Source: Macrostomum lignano
Taxonomy: Eukaryota
NCBI GenBank assembly: GCA_002269645.1
Contig: NIVC01002225.1
Span: forward strand, 1 to 64,000
Reading direction: 5' to 3'
DNA: 64,000 nucleotides
Shown here: positions 1-11,800 of the stretch, one piece after another
Layout: each line of letters opens with the position of its first letter
How positions within the stretch are numbered: position 1 is the stretch's first letter
The notes under the pieces: generated by a model
What the model was told of the DNA's origin: nothing
The model's input: only the letters and a program-made list of their open reading frames with translations
Databases searched by the model: none
Position numbers and translations under genes: made by a program

Positions 1-500
1 CTTTACGTTACCTCCAACCCAACTATATGTAGCGTAAAGCCAACCACCGGGCACGGGTAATGGGGCGGGGGTTCGGTGGAAACGGAAAACTAACTGTACC
101 GAGTTCTCAATGACAATATAGCGGATTAAGGGGGTTGAGGTCGCATCACCACTGAAGGTATATCTGCTTTTTGTAGTCAGAGGATAAGTGAAAGTTTCAG
201 AAAAATCTATTTACGAGTATCGGAAAAATTTTAACCAACTAACTTGAAGAAGTCCCGAGACTATTCAAATTTACCCAATAACAGCTAGCAGTATAGGGAG
301 GGTCGTTCGCTTAGACATTTTCGTCCCCAGACTAGCAATTGTTATCACTGTTGGCCATAGACTAAATATTTCCTCGAGCATTCGCATCACTTATTGACAG
401 GTTCATTAATTTATATTTGGTCTTCTAGCTCAGAGAGAAGCAGTTTTGTCCCGGAATAGTTGGTTTTGCGTACCCCCTCTCAATTCCGTCAAGCGCTCGA

Positions 501-2140
501 ATGATTTTAGACATCATGGATTCGTCGGAGTCTTCAGAGGATAACACGACCTCACTGACGCCTCTGTCGGAGTCGGACCCGTCGTCCTCTAGCGGAGACC
601 CCTTGCAGAGACTCGAGGACCTGGGCCGCACCGTCTGGAGTCAGATCTCACAGTCCGACCAGTTCACTGAAAAGTACGGCCGTGACCTTGAAAACCCTGG
701 CACCGTTCATTGTTACCTATTCACCAGACTGCCTCGAGACGATACGCTGGCATTCGAAGCTTTTGCTAACGTTCAAACTGCGAGCATTATGAAGGAGGAG
801 CTGGTATATCATTCGATTTTTGAGCGCTTGATTGAGCGGTACACGAAGAGTCGGGCAAAACCCAACCCGGTGTTGATGGAGACCAGGTCCACTGAGTTCT
901 GCTACCGGCTGACTGTCCTGGTTGAGGCCGTGCCGCAACAGCGCTGGGTTCTTCGTCCCGAGCTGCGTCTGTTACGCGAATACGCCATTCTGCGCCACAT
1001 CTGGGAGACGTTCCGACTCGAGCTCGTGGCCAACGCCAGTCCCGCCGACCTTTTAGTCGGAATTCCCATGCCGTTTGAGTTTGTGAACGTGTCCGGCTTC
1101 CCCGAGTACGAATTCGTCAATCACAATAGCGTTTGGCACCGGGGCATTCACGGAGAGGAGATCAACATGACCAAACTGGAGGTTCCTGGCACCACTGAGC
1201 GAGTCAGCTCGTCTCTCAGCTACCTTTCCTTGGAGAAGCTCGGGCCGAATCTGCAATACCTGCTGGAGTTGCTTCGTTCCCAGCGGAGCATCATGAGCCT
1301 TTCTTCGGCATTGAAAATCCTCGATCAGCTGCTCTGCCGTCTGATGGTGCTGCACAAGTACGGCGTCATTCTCGGTAATTTGGACGTCAAGTTTCTTCAC
1401 TTCGGCGTTCGGAGGCTTCCAAGGTGCTGTACATCAGCCGTTATGACTGCGCGATGGTTGCGCCAACGCAGCACCGTTCAGCCGGGCCCTACAGCGACCG
1501 TTGCGCCTGTCTGTCTGCTATTCGACGTCGCGAAGTACATTTTGTTCACGACATCGAGTCGGCATTCTACGTTTTCTTGTCGCTGATTTTTCCTATTTTA
1601 CCCTGGGACGACGCTCGAACTACATTGGACTCGTCTTCTTCCAACAGCCGGACAACTGGCACGACTCCCGGATCCAGTCGAGCTACCTGGATGGACGAGA
1701 AAGCCAACTTTTGGTCCAGCAATTCCTGGTTCCAGAGAATGCTCAGACATGTCAACTCTGAATACACAGACAATGTGTATCGCGGCTTCACAGCCGATCT
1801 GCTCTCAATGCTGTACGCAAAGACTCAGGAGATTTTGGTCCAGGGCGAGTCGATACCGCAAGCTGACTACATGAGCAGCCTGATGACGCCAGCTTCCCCA
1901 GCCAACAATGCCTACAGCAACTTGCGCAGGATCATCGCTCTGTACTTCCAATTCGAGAGCGTGTCGACCATCAGCAGAGACCCGGTCTGCTCAAAGAAGC
2001 TCGAGCTGCTACTCGCCGAGGATCACCAGGACCGCCGGGTTCTGTGGAACCTCAACGACTGGTGCTGGAATCCGTTCTACCCGGCCTATGTGAGCAAGAC
2101 CCGAACAAAGACCGTATCGATGAAGATCACCAGCCACTGA
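501..2140 (+). CDS. CK1/TTBK-like pseudokinase, intronless, with a single 1-nt frameshift near 1407-1424 (assembly error or pseudogenisation)
   Basis: ORF 501-1586 gives CK1-family C-lobe motifs (LSLEKLGPNLQYLL ~ MxLLGPSLEDL; LKILDQLLCRLMVLHKYGVI). The frame of ORF 1424-2140 continues with KVLYISRYDCA, HDIESAFYVFL and LPW. One extra base at gttcg would join them. The HRD and DFG positions read LGN and RYD. Confidence 0.6.
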
Positions 2141-2767
2141 GAAAATTACCCCCCCCTCGAGCTTCTGCTGTCTTCATTTATTTGTATTCCATACTGAATT
2201 TTTTAGCACATTCTCGAAGTATCCACTGCATTATTGCCTTATTCTCTGGCTTACTTTATCTTCGAAAATGTTACGTTATTATTAACTCTGTCTAATTATT
2301 ATTCGTATGCCGTATTTCTTTACTAAATTGTTTTGCTGCAACTATCGATGCCGGCTGCTTTCAATTGACAAAATAAACTATTAAACTCTTGGGCTTTTCC
2401 ATCGGTTATCTTCAAACATTTGAGATGGCAGAATTTTTAAAATTTTTGCTAAAAAGCTTCATATCAGGATTGATTAATTACTTTATTAGAATGATGATTG
2501 AAGAGAATATTAAGTATTGTATATTTCAACTCGAGATGTAAGGTACGATAAAAGTAACGTGTGTGCTCGCGAGTGTTACAGTTAGGCTTAGCTATTTCAA
2601 TTGACATCGCTCGTATCGCTCAAAGCTGAATTTCTCGTATCGCAAGTTTCCTAATTGAAAAATATCTATGATACATGAAAATGAAACAAAGATTATTAAG
2701 TCTCTCTGAATCAATAGGAGTACATGTCTTGAAAAAGTTGCTCAATTTAACAAGCCTCGGTCACTGT

Positions 2768-4291
2768 TCAGTCGCTGGACTCGCTCGATCGTGGCACCAC
2801 CTTCAACTTTATGGGGCTCTTTACCGTCAAGAATCCGCTAGGCTTGAACTCGAGCTTCTCGAACGGCAAAGTCTCCGGCAGAGTTTGGAACTCCACCTTG
2901 AGCAGCATCTCGGCCATGGCTTTCCGCACCTCCATCTGGGCCAGTCGCATGCCGATGCAGTTCCTCGGCCCCAGGCCGAACGGGATCAGGTAGGTCGGGT
3001 CGCGGCTCTCCGCGGAGTCCTCGTCGAACCGGTCCGGATTGAATCGCTCCGGCTCCTCCCAGATCTCCGGATCGTGCGCCAGGCAGTAGATCGGGATGCG
3101 CACGTTGATGCCCTTCTCGATCTCGTAGCCGTTCACCGTGGTGGTCTCGGTGCAGACTCTGTCTGTGAGCAGGGCCGGTGGACACAGCCGCATGGACTCC
3201 TCAAAGCAGTTGTTCAAGTAGCGGAGACTCTTCAGACACTCGTAGTTGACTTGGCCACCATGGTTGGCTTTGGCCTCCAACACCTCTCGGTAGGCTCGGT
3301 CCTGGCAGTCCTTGTTCCAGGCCAGAAAGTACGCCAGGTACTGCATTGCGTTGGCTGTGGTCTCAAAGCCGGCAAGGAAGAAGGTGAGCGATTGGGCCAT
3401 GACTTCGTGCTCTGTCAAGCCCTTGGCCCCCTCTTTCTCGGCTTCCCGACGTGCGACAACCATCGAGGCGAGAAAGTCGTGGTACTTGTCGGAATCGGCC
3501 GAGGCCTCGCGCTCAACAAGGGCGTCGTGGATGACCTTCTGGAAGAAGTCGAAGCTCTCCTTTGGAAACAGAGTGATTTCGAACCTTTTGAACAGTGGGA
3601 TTGCTATTTTAGGGAAAAGCATCAGGGACAGGAATTTCCAGCTGAACAGCTTGATGTTAAACAACTCGGAACCGTGTCGCTTGAAGTCGTTGTTCGGATC
3701 ATCCTGGGTGTTGATCTGGAGACCAAACAGCGTGCTCGCCACCACATCCATAGTGAAGTTGGTGAAGAAAGTCTTGATGTCGACACTTTCATTGGAGGAC
3801 TTTACAAGAGCGGTGCAAAGCTGATCTGAGCACTGCTCAACTAGGGGGAACATCGCTTTGATCTTGCCCGAGCTGAAAGTTGGCGACAAGATACTTCGAA
3901 TGCGCTTCCACTCGTGGCCCTTGAGCACCGCGATTCCTTTGTCCAGCGGTTTCGTCTCGTTGCCTAGGGAGCCTCGGTCCGTGAAGTTCTCGGCTCGCTT
4001 GATGCACACCTGTTTGATCATCTCGGTGTCGCCGATAACTAGCACCGGACTTCTCAGCGTGTAGGTGCCGTGCACTTTGCCGTACAACTTGAAGTCCTCG
4101 ACCATTTTGCCGTGGAAGCCCAGTCGCATAAATGAGGGCAGGTCGCCAATCAGTGGCAGCATTCTCGGGCCATTGATGCCGCGCTTCTTCCAGTAGCTGT
4201 AGGGCCACATGCCGTAGATGTAGAAGGCTACGGTGCCCAGAGTGGTGTACACCAGCCAGTTTGGCACTTCAATCAGGCCTAGAATTTGCAT
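2768..4291 (-). CDS. Cytochrome P450, CYP3 clan (CYP3A-like), intronless, 507 aa
   Basis: N-terminal membrane anchor plus GP..LP hinge, I-helix AGFETT, K-helix EESMR, PERF motif and heme motif FGLGPRNCIG. Kozak-like accATG. Confidence 0.95.
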   Translation of the reverse strand: MQILGLIEVPNWLVYTTLGTVAFYIYGMWPYSYWKKRGINGPRMLPLIGDLPSFMRLGFHGKMVEDFKLYGKVHGTYTLRSPVLVIGDTEMIKQVCIKRAENFTDRGSLGNETKPLDKGIAVLKGHEWKRIRSILSPTFSSGKIKAMFPLVEQCSDQLCTALVKSSNESVDIKTFFTNFTMDVVASTLFGLQINTQDDPNNDFKRHGSELFNIKLFSWKFLSLMLFPKIAIPLFKRFEITLFPKESFDFFQKVIHDALVEREASADSDKYHDFLASMVVARREAEKEGAKGLTEHEVMAQSLTFFLAGFETTANAMQYLAYFLAWNKDCQDRAYREVLEAKANHGGQVNYECLKSLRYLNNCFEESMRLCPPALLTDRVCTETTTVNGYEIEKGINVRIPIYCLAHDPEIWEEPERFNPDRFDEDSAESRDPTYLIPFGLGPRNCIGMRLAQMEVRKAMAEMLLKVEFQTLPETLPFEKLEFKPSGFLTVKSPIKLKVVPRSSESSD

Positions 4292-5423
4292 GGTAGCTCT
4301 TCTTCTGCTAAAAATTATTTTATAAAATTTTATACCGATGCAGACTCCGCCAAATTAACAAAATTTTACCACAGAGTTTCTTGTATTTATAGTTTTTGCT
4401 TCGAGCGAAATGGATTGCACAACGCTTAGTCAGACCGTGAAAAAACGATTTCAAAACACCTTTAGACCATGTCAGCTCGCTATTAGTCAGTGTCAGCTGC
4501 GTTCTTTGGAGCCTTGTCTGCAAACTCTTTACCCCCTGCGCCCTCTAGAGTTGTGGTGGGGACGGGGTAAGAAGGTGAACGAAGTGCATGTAGAGTACAC
4601 CCAGTAGCTTTAGCTTGCCACCTGCCACCTTCTTGTCGATTAAAGCGATAACGATGCCTTATTGAATGTCTGCGCATGTACTAAAGATTCGAACTGGTAA
4701 ACAACGGGGTTCCATAAATGGCAACGATTCCCATATAAAAAATGTAGCTAATTCGATTAAATGTTTTAGAGGTATTATAGTTTTTGAAAAACACTAAACA
4801 CTTTAAATATTTCTCAGCTGAAAGTTGATACGACCTGATACGAAAGTCAAAACTGAAGGTTTCGGCTATAGACAAAAGCACAGAGCCAATTCGAAAACTT
4901 CTACATTCATTGACTACACAGTACATAATTTCTTGTAAAGTAAACTCGAAAAAAACAAACAAAGTACTTAAGTAGCGTCATTAGCATTGGCAGCGGCTAA
5001 TACCTTGATACTTCGCCTCAAAAAATCTTTTAAAAAGCATACGCTACTACTTACTACAAGTAGCTTTCTAGAATTTTCATTTAGCACATTTTCTTCAAGA
5101 CGAATTGAAAATTTTTTCGGCTGTACAGTTAGTTCGGTAGAGCATTCGTGGTCTGTTCTGAGTCCATTGTGCTTGCTTTATTAGATGCCAGAGTTTGCAC
5201 AAGCCATACTATACCTGAACGGCGCACAATGCTACGCTTTTTTCTCCTAAATTTCATTTCATTTTCGTCTTTTCATGCTCGAGACTTGGAGTTGCCGTGC
5301 GTGCTAATGCTAAGCATATATGGGCTTTTTCAAGTTTGGCAAAGAAGAAGCATCACGCGACGCTAAGACCTTGAGCACTCAATTTAGATCATCCAAAGCC
5401 GGCGGTGACAGCAAAATTCGGTC

Positions 5424-7690
5424 ATGAACGAGAACGCCATTAATCAGCTGTCACTCATTGCCGATTCGCACGGCGTCTATGCTGAAGATTTCGCCGACCA
5501 GCTCATGTCGAAGTACACGTCGCTCGGTCTGATGCTCACGGCCACCGTGCTGGCGATGCGGCACTACATATTCAAGCCCATCCAGTGCTGGGTGCCGGCC
5601 GAGTGGCCCCGACCGTGGGAGGAGTACGCGGAGAACTACTGCTGGATTCAAAACACTTACAATCTGGCATTTAGGGAGCCCGGGTTTCCCGGACTGCAGG
5701 CTAGAGAGGAGGCGGAGATCAGTGAGTCATCCTGGATGTGTTTTGGATCTGAATAGTCATATATTTCACAGACGCCCTGTTACTTGCGACAGGAGGCTAC
5801 ATGCGTTTGCTTTCACCCGATTTGAACCATAGACTATGCGTTTTTAATCTTCTGAGCGAGTAGGTTTTACTTCAAGGTTGGATGGGTGTTATTTAATTCT
5901 AAAGAATTCTTAAGAAACCTAACTTTTCACAGATATCCAATAACCATAGCCCTCCTTATGGAGATGGTTATTGGAATATTTGGAAGAACAACTCGACACT
6001 AAATTCTTGCATAGCCATTATTTTATTTGTGTTGCTACTTAAATCAGACAACTCATATTGCCCATATACAGTAGTATCAAACTCTCCGGAAAAATATATA
6101 CCAGCATTGCCACTTGGTTGTCTAGTTTTCCGGCCCGAGGGGCCACATGAGGCCCGCAAAACCTCTCTATCCGGCCCTTGGGTCCTTTGCAACTTCACAA
6201 TAGCAACCCGGCCCGCTCAATGTTTAAATCTCTTCTCAGCGCTCTCCTCTCTTCCCTCCTCTCTTCTCTCCTCTCTTCTTCTCTCTTCTCTCCTCTCTTC
6301 TCTCCTCTCTTCTTCTCTCCTCTCTTCTCTCCTCTCTTCGATCTTTCCTCTCTTCTCTCCTCTATTCTTCTCTCTTCTCTCCTCTCTTTTCTCCTCTCTT
6401 CTCTCCTCTCTTCTCTCCTCTCTTCTCTCCTCTCTTCTCTCCTCTCTTCTCTCCTCTCTTCTTTCATATCTCCTCTGTCCACTCTCCTTTCTTCTCTTCT
6501 CTCCTCTTTTTTCATCTCTCTCCTCTCCTCTCCTCTCCTCTCATCTCTCTCCTCTCCTTTCGTCTCCTTTCTTTTTCCTTTATCCCCTCGCCTCTCCTAG
6601 TTCTCCTATCTCCCTTCTCCCTTCTCTATTCCCTCTCCTCTCTCCCCTCCTCCCGCCCGCAGTCAGAAGCAAAAAAGAAGCGTTCTATTATAATTCCACT
6701 CTCCACTTTCCCAACAAAACCACATCTCCAGGCTACTTCCAGTGGGTTCCATTCCTGCTGTCGATTCAAGCACTCCTGGTGTTCCTGCCGCACCTGCTCT
6801 GGCGGGTGACCTCGGCGCGCAGCGGCGGAGAGCCGCATCGCATTGTGAAGCTGGCCAGCGAGCTGGCGAGCACCGGGAAACCGAAGAGGAAGCGGCGGAA
6901 AATGGCCGAATACCTGGCCAAGCAGCTGCGGAAGAGCATAGCGATTGCTGGCACAGTGACTGGTTCCCGATTGCCTTGCTGCGGAAGCAACGGTTGCGCC
7001 TGCTGGTTGTTCGTCTCCTACATTGTGAACAAATTTGTCTACGTGCTGAATGGCCTGGGCCAGCTGTACCTGATGAAGACTTACCTGGGCTACCAGGACT
7101 TACATTTCGGCTGGTCGTCAGTCAGCCACTTGTTGAACGAACGATATTGGCAGCAGACGGGCATTTTCCCTCGGGTGACCTTCTGCGACATTCCAATCAA
7201 GCAGGTCGGGCAGTGGAACACCCGGTCGGTGCAGTGCGTCCTGCCCATGAACATGCTGAATGAGAAGATCTACATATTCCTGTGGTTCTGGATCGTGCTG
7301 TGCATGGCTCTTCAGGTTGTGTACTGCGTCTTTTGGATCGCCAGCATTGCGCCGCCAGCTCGGAGACTGAAATTTATGCGCTCTCTGGTCAGACTGGAGA
7401 GTCCTCACTCCGGACTGGGACCGGCGGTTGACACTTCTGGCATGCGGGCTTTCATGCGCGACCATCTGCGACTCGACGGTGTCTTCATCCTGCAGATGGT
7501 GGCTGAGAAGTGCGGCAACCTGGGCGCGGCCAGAATCCTGGGGCCGATGATGCGCCATTATGAAGAGGGTGACAGAGGCCTGTCCGAGTGCGACATCACC
7601 GAGATTACGGACTATAGGGACCGGAGCAGCAGAAGCACGCTGCCGGTTCGAGAGAACGGCCGTGTCGACAACGGATTTCATCATCAGTAG
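5424..7690 (+). CDS. inx: Innexin 1 (gap junction/hemichannel), exons 5424-5721 and 6732-7690, ~418 aa
   Basis: EDFADQL...PIQCWVPAEW...YAENYCW in exon 1. Phase-1 intron GTGAGT...CTCCAG joins IS-YFQWVPF. FPRVTFCD...QCVLPMNMLNEKIYIFLWFW in exon 2. Confidence 0.93.
6135..6652 (+). repeat. Second copy of the MITE-like family followed by a (CTCTT)n pyrimidine tract, in the innexin 1 intron
   Basis: ggcccgcaaaacctctctatccggcccttgggtcctttgcaacttcacaatagcaacccggcccgctc matches the reverse complement of 47330-47395. Confidence 0.6.
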
Positions 7691-8200
7691 AGTCGTTGGG
7701 GCAGCAAAGTTTAGAAATCTTTAGTTATTGTTTCATATAATGCACAGTCTTGCACAGAATCTGTACTGTATTAAGCAAACAATAAATGCGTGGACATTGC
7801 AGTGCCTGTACAGTTTGTTAGAGAACGAACACTGAAGTATTTTTCAGCTAATTTGAGTCTTTTCCAGTTTTTTGCGCAGTTTTTCCCACTTTTTGTTCCA
7901 TACTGGCGCTGAATACTCTTTGAAAGTACATGGATATTTGAGCCGCAGGTGTTTTGTCATTTCTAATCTTTGGAGGTGCTTAAGTTGCACCCAAAAGAAG
8001 TGCTTGGATTTAGTTGAAGCTCACGAACAGCAGCTGCTTCTCGGAGTTTCAGGTACTCAGGAACTGTAACAGAGCGTCAAAAGTAGCAGGTGAGCAGGTT
8101 TAGGTGTTATTCCGATTGCGAATGCTGCAGGAATACTGTTTATTCAGATCATTATCCCTGCATCTGTTTTATATTTGTTGTAGAATTAGCTGCTCAAAAA

Positions 8201-8470
8201 TAAAATAATAATTGGTTACACCTGCAACGATTGGGCCAGATGTGCAACCGCCAGCTCAGCCGCAGCTATTGCGCGGCGCATCTGAAGGCTGCGTACGGCT
8301 GTTCAGTCCAAGGACTGGGGGGTCGCCACACACCCTAAATTACCCCAGCTAATGCTGGCACCCATTTTACAGCTGGGTGAACTGAAGCAATGCAGAGTTA
8401 AGTTTCTTGCTCAAGGACACAAATTGTTCAGAGTCGAAGTCCGACGCTCTAACCACTAGGCTACAACCCC
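8201..8470 (-). mobile_element. tRNA-derived CORE-type SINE
   Basis: Minus strand reads GGGGTTGTAGCCTAGTGGTTAGAGCGTCGGACTTCGACTC (A box, tRNA-Arg-like 5' half), then TGTGTCCTTGAGCAAGAAACTTAACTCTGCATTGCTTCAGTTCACCCAGCTGTAAAATGGG, resembling the MIR CORE. AT-rich tail; possible TSD TCAAAAA at 8194-8200 and 8472-8478. Confidence 0.7.
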
Positions 8471-8868
8471 TTCAAAAAGAAAGCAAAGTCTATAAAAAGT
8501 CGAATAATAACAAAATGATATAATTATCGTGCAGATCATACAGTTGAATATTTATGATTTATACAGAAAATTTGAGCAAAAACTACCAAATACACATCGC
8601 AGCAGCTGCACACACATGCAATGCTAAGGAAATTAAACATTTTGCAACGAGTATGCTGGCTGCTGTTTCGAATTATGGTCTCACAATCAATACTGAATCG
8701 CGTAGTAGTAACGGCAGAATTTTCAATCCTTTGAACAGCTGATCCAGAAAACAAGCAATTGTCAAAAATAGTTGAATAATCTTTTATGAAATTAGAACTT
8801 TACCCGAAGGGGTAAATAGCTGCTGCAGATTAAAATATAGAATTTTTAATTGAACTCCCGCTCGCACT

Positions 8869-11800
8869 TCAATAGTCATGCTTTGCTCGTCTTTGCGTCA
8901 AGCCGTCCTGCCGATCAACTGCCGACGGTCCGTCAGACCCGTCGTTCAAGTCGTGACGCTCCCCCCTGCGGTCCTCACGCCTCTGCTCTTTGTAGCGACT
9001 GTACAGATTGAAGATGATCTCCGTGACGCACATATTCCCGGCATTGTGCTCCATCAGGTTAAGCAGGAACAGGCCGTCCAAGGACAGAAACACCCGGACA
9101 AAATCTTTCCTGAGCTGGTGCTCCTCCTCGTCCTTGGCCTTGTCAACTAGCAGGGCCAGTTTATGCAGGTATTTCTTCACGAACTGCTGCCTAATTTTCG
9201 GCGTGAAAACCCGAACCAGCCACACAATGGTTGATATCACTGTCAGGCTGATGCAGAACACGGTCCAGAACCACAGGAAAATGTACAGCTTCTCGTTGAG
9301 AATGTTCAGCGGCAGAACGCATTGGATAGACCGGGTGTTCCACTGGCCCAGGTGTTTGATTGGAATGTCGCAGAAGGTGACTCGCGGAAAGACCCGAGTC
9401 TGACGCCATTCCCGGCCGCGCACCAGGTCGACTGCGCAGGTCCAGCCGAAGTGCAGATCTTCAAAGCCGAGGAAACTTCGCATCATGAACAGGTGGCCCA
9501 GGGCAGCGCACAGGTGTACCAGCTTGTTGATGAGGTACAGAAAGAAAAGTGCAAAGCCGGACTTTCTGCCGTACCAGAAGCACGGAAGCATGCCGTACAG
9601 GCATTCCAGCAAGTTCTTCGCTGCCTTGGACTTGTTCTGCCAGTTTTGCCTGGCCTCGTGCAGTCCCATGGCCTCCTCAATCTCCGTCACCAGATGCAAC
9701 ACCAGCCGGTGGCGGCGCCGCTCGTCCAGATCCACGGATTGTTTGGCCAGTCGCACCAGGCCGTTCGGGTCGACGCCGCTGCGCTTCGATAGGAAATTCC
9801 AGATCACGTGAGGAATGTACACCAGCAGGCACTCCAGGGCCAGCACGAACGGCACCCATTGGTAGTAGTCTGGGGGGATGGCGGTTTGCTCTGGGTTACC
9901 AACTGATACCTGCCAGTCTAATCTTCCTATTGCTTCTTCACTTGATAAAAGTAACTAGAACTCCTTTTGCAGCTGTCATATCATATTTTCATAGCAATCT
10001 GAAAAAAGCAAACTCGCCCAGTCGCTAACCGTCGCCTATTGAAACTAAACACTCTTTTTTTTCGAGTGCCCAGGGCGCGTGATCGACCTACCACCCCTAC
10101 CAGACCTCTATAGACTACCAGCAGTCTCGTTTTTAGCAACCAAAATAATTTGGCGGGTGCGTTTTATCTGACTGTCTTACTACAGAGCGCTATTTATGAC
10201 TATATTCGTTTTTTCTGTCTCGCAGCTTCCAAACTCGGCACACTGGCCGCTCCAAGCTATCTAAGGTATCTAAGGTTCGACCCAAGCTAGGTGGGCCGCT
10301 CATACGATGAAAAATTTCATAGTCAGAGACTGCTCAAATAGGGTTCTGAGAGCACAGTCTCAACACACTGCCAGTGCTGCTACTGCTGTCGTATTTATTT
10401 GTCTTGAGACGGGGCGACCCCCAACGGCTGCTGCCTCCACCTGCTTGGCAATTGTCTGTTGAGTCTCCCGCAGCGTCCTTGCCACGCGCGTGCAAAGAGA
10501 AATGAGCAGTCTCTATGCAGCACCCATTGCTGTCTATCCTCCGCTGCGGCTAAAGGTCTTGCCTATAGTTTGGCATAGTTGTAATTCCTTCTGTCTGTTG
10601 CGCCATACTTCTGGGGGCTGGCTGGGTGTATCTGTCTGTTTTATACTAATCCTTTTGGACGCAGTGTACCGTTTTAACGCAATAATAAAACTAACGCAAA
10701 CTAATCTCCAACTTCGATGACACTTCATGGTCAGTATATCGCATAGACACTCTATCAGGCAGATAGACAGGCAGATAGACAGGCAGATAGACAGGCAGAT
10801 AGACAGGCAGATAGACAGGCAGATAGACAGGTAGATAGACAGGCAGATAGACAGGTAGATATACAGGCAGATAGACAGGCAGATAGACAGGCAGATAGAC
10901 AGGCAGATAGACAGGCAGATAGACAGGCAGATAGACAGGTAGATAGACAGGCAGATAGACAGGCAGATAGACAGGCAGATAGACAGGCAGATAGACAGGC
11001 AGATAGACAGGCAGATAGACAGGCAGATAGACAGGCAGATAGACAGGCAGATAGACATGTAGATAGACAGGCAGATAGACAGGCAGATGGACAGGCAGAT
11101 AGACAGGCAGATAGACAGGCAGATAGACAGGCAGATAGACAGGCAGATAGACAGGCAGATAGACAGGCAGATAGACAGGCAGATAGACTCACTGAGCTCC
11201 AGGCTGCTCCTCTCAGTAGGCGTGGGGAAGCTGGTGTTCAGGTAGGACACGTGGTAGTTGTTCTGCACCCAGCAGTAGTTCTCAGCGTACTCTTCCAAGG
11301 ATGAGGCCACTCGGGCGGGGTGTAACACTGAATCGGCTTGAACGCAAAGTCCCGCATCACTATGATGAAGGTGGCCGTGAGCAGCAGCGAGCTGCTCCAC
11401 TTGTAGTTGACTTTGTCGGCGAAGTCTTCAGCGGCAACCAAGGAGCCGATGCGAAAGCCGGCGACGTTGTTGAGTATGGTGAACACGGACTCGTTCACCC
11501 CGGCCTCTTCGGCTGCAGGATGAGTACAGAAGTGCGGGAGTGCTATTGCGTTTGACAGTACTGTAACAGTCTCCTGACAGTACTCTAACAGCCTCCTGAC
11601 AGTACCCTAACAGCCTCCTGACAGTACTCTAACAGCCTCCTGACAGTACTCTAACAGCCTCCTGACAGTACTCTAACAGCCTCCTGACAGTACCCTAACA
11701 GCCTCCTGACAGTACTCTAACAGCCTCCTGACAGTACTCCAACAGCCTCCTGACAGTACTCCAACAGCCTCGTGACAGTACTCTAACAGCCTCCTGACAG

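Noticed and set aside
1-300. Possible structured RNA or repeat at the window start (ctttacg...cgtaaag stem)
   Set aside because: Only a 7-bp stem; no recognisable RNA family or element termini.
2675-3829. 384-aa plus-strand ORF
   Set aside because: Antisense shadow of the GC3-rich P450 coding sequence.
8410-8470. tRNA gene
   Set aside because: Only the 5' half (A box and anticodon arm) is present; it is the head of a SINE.
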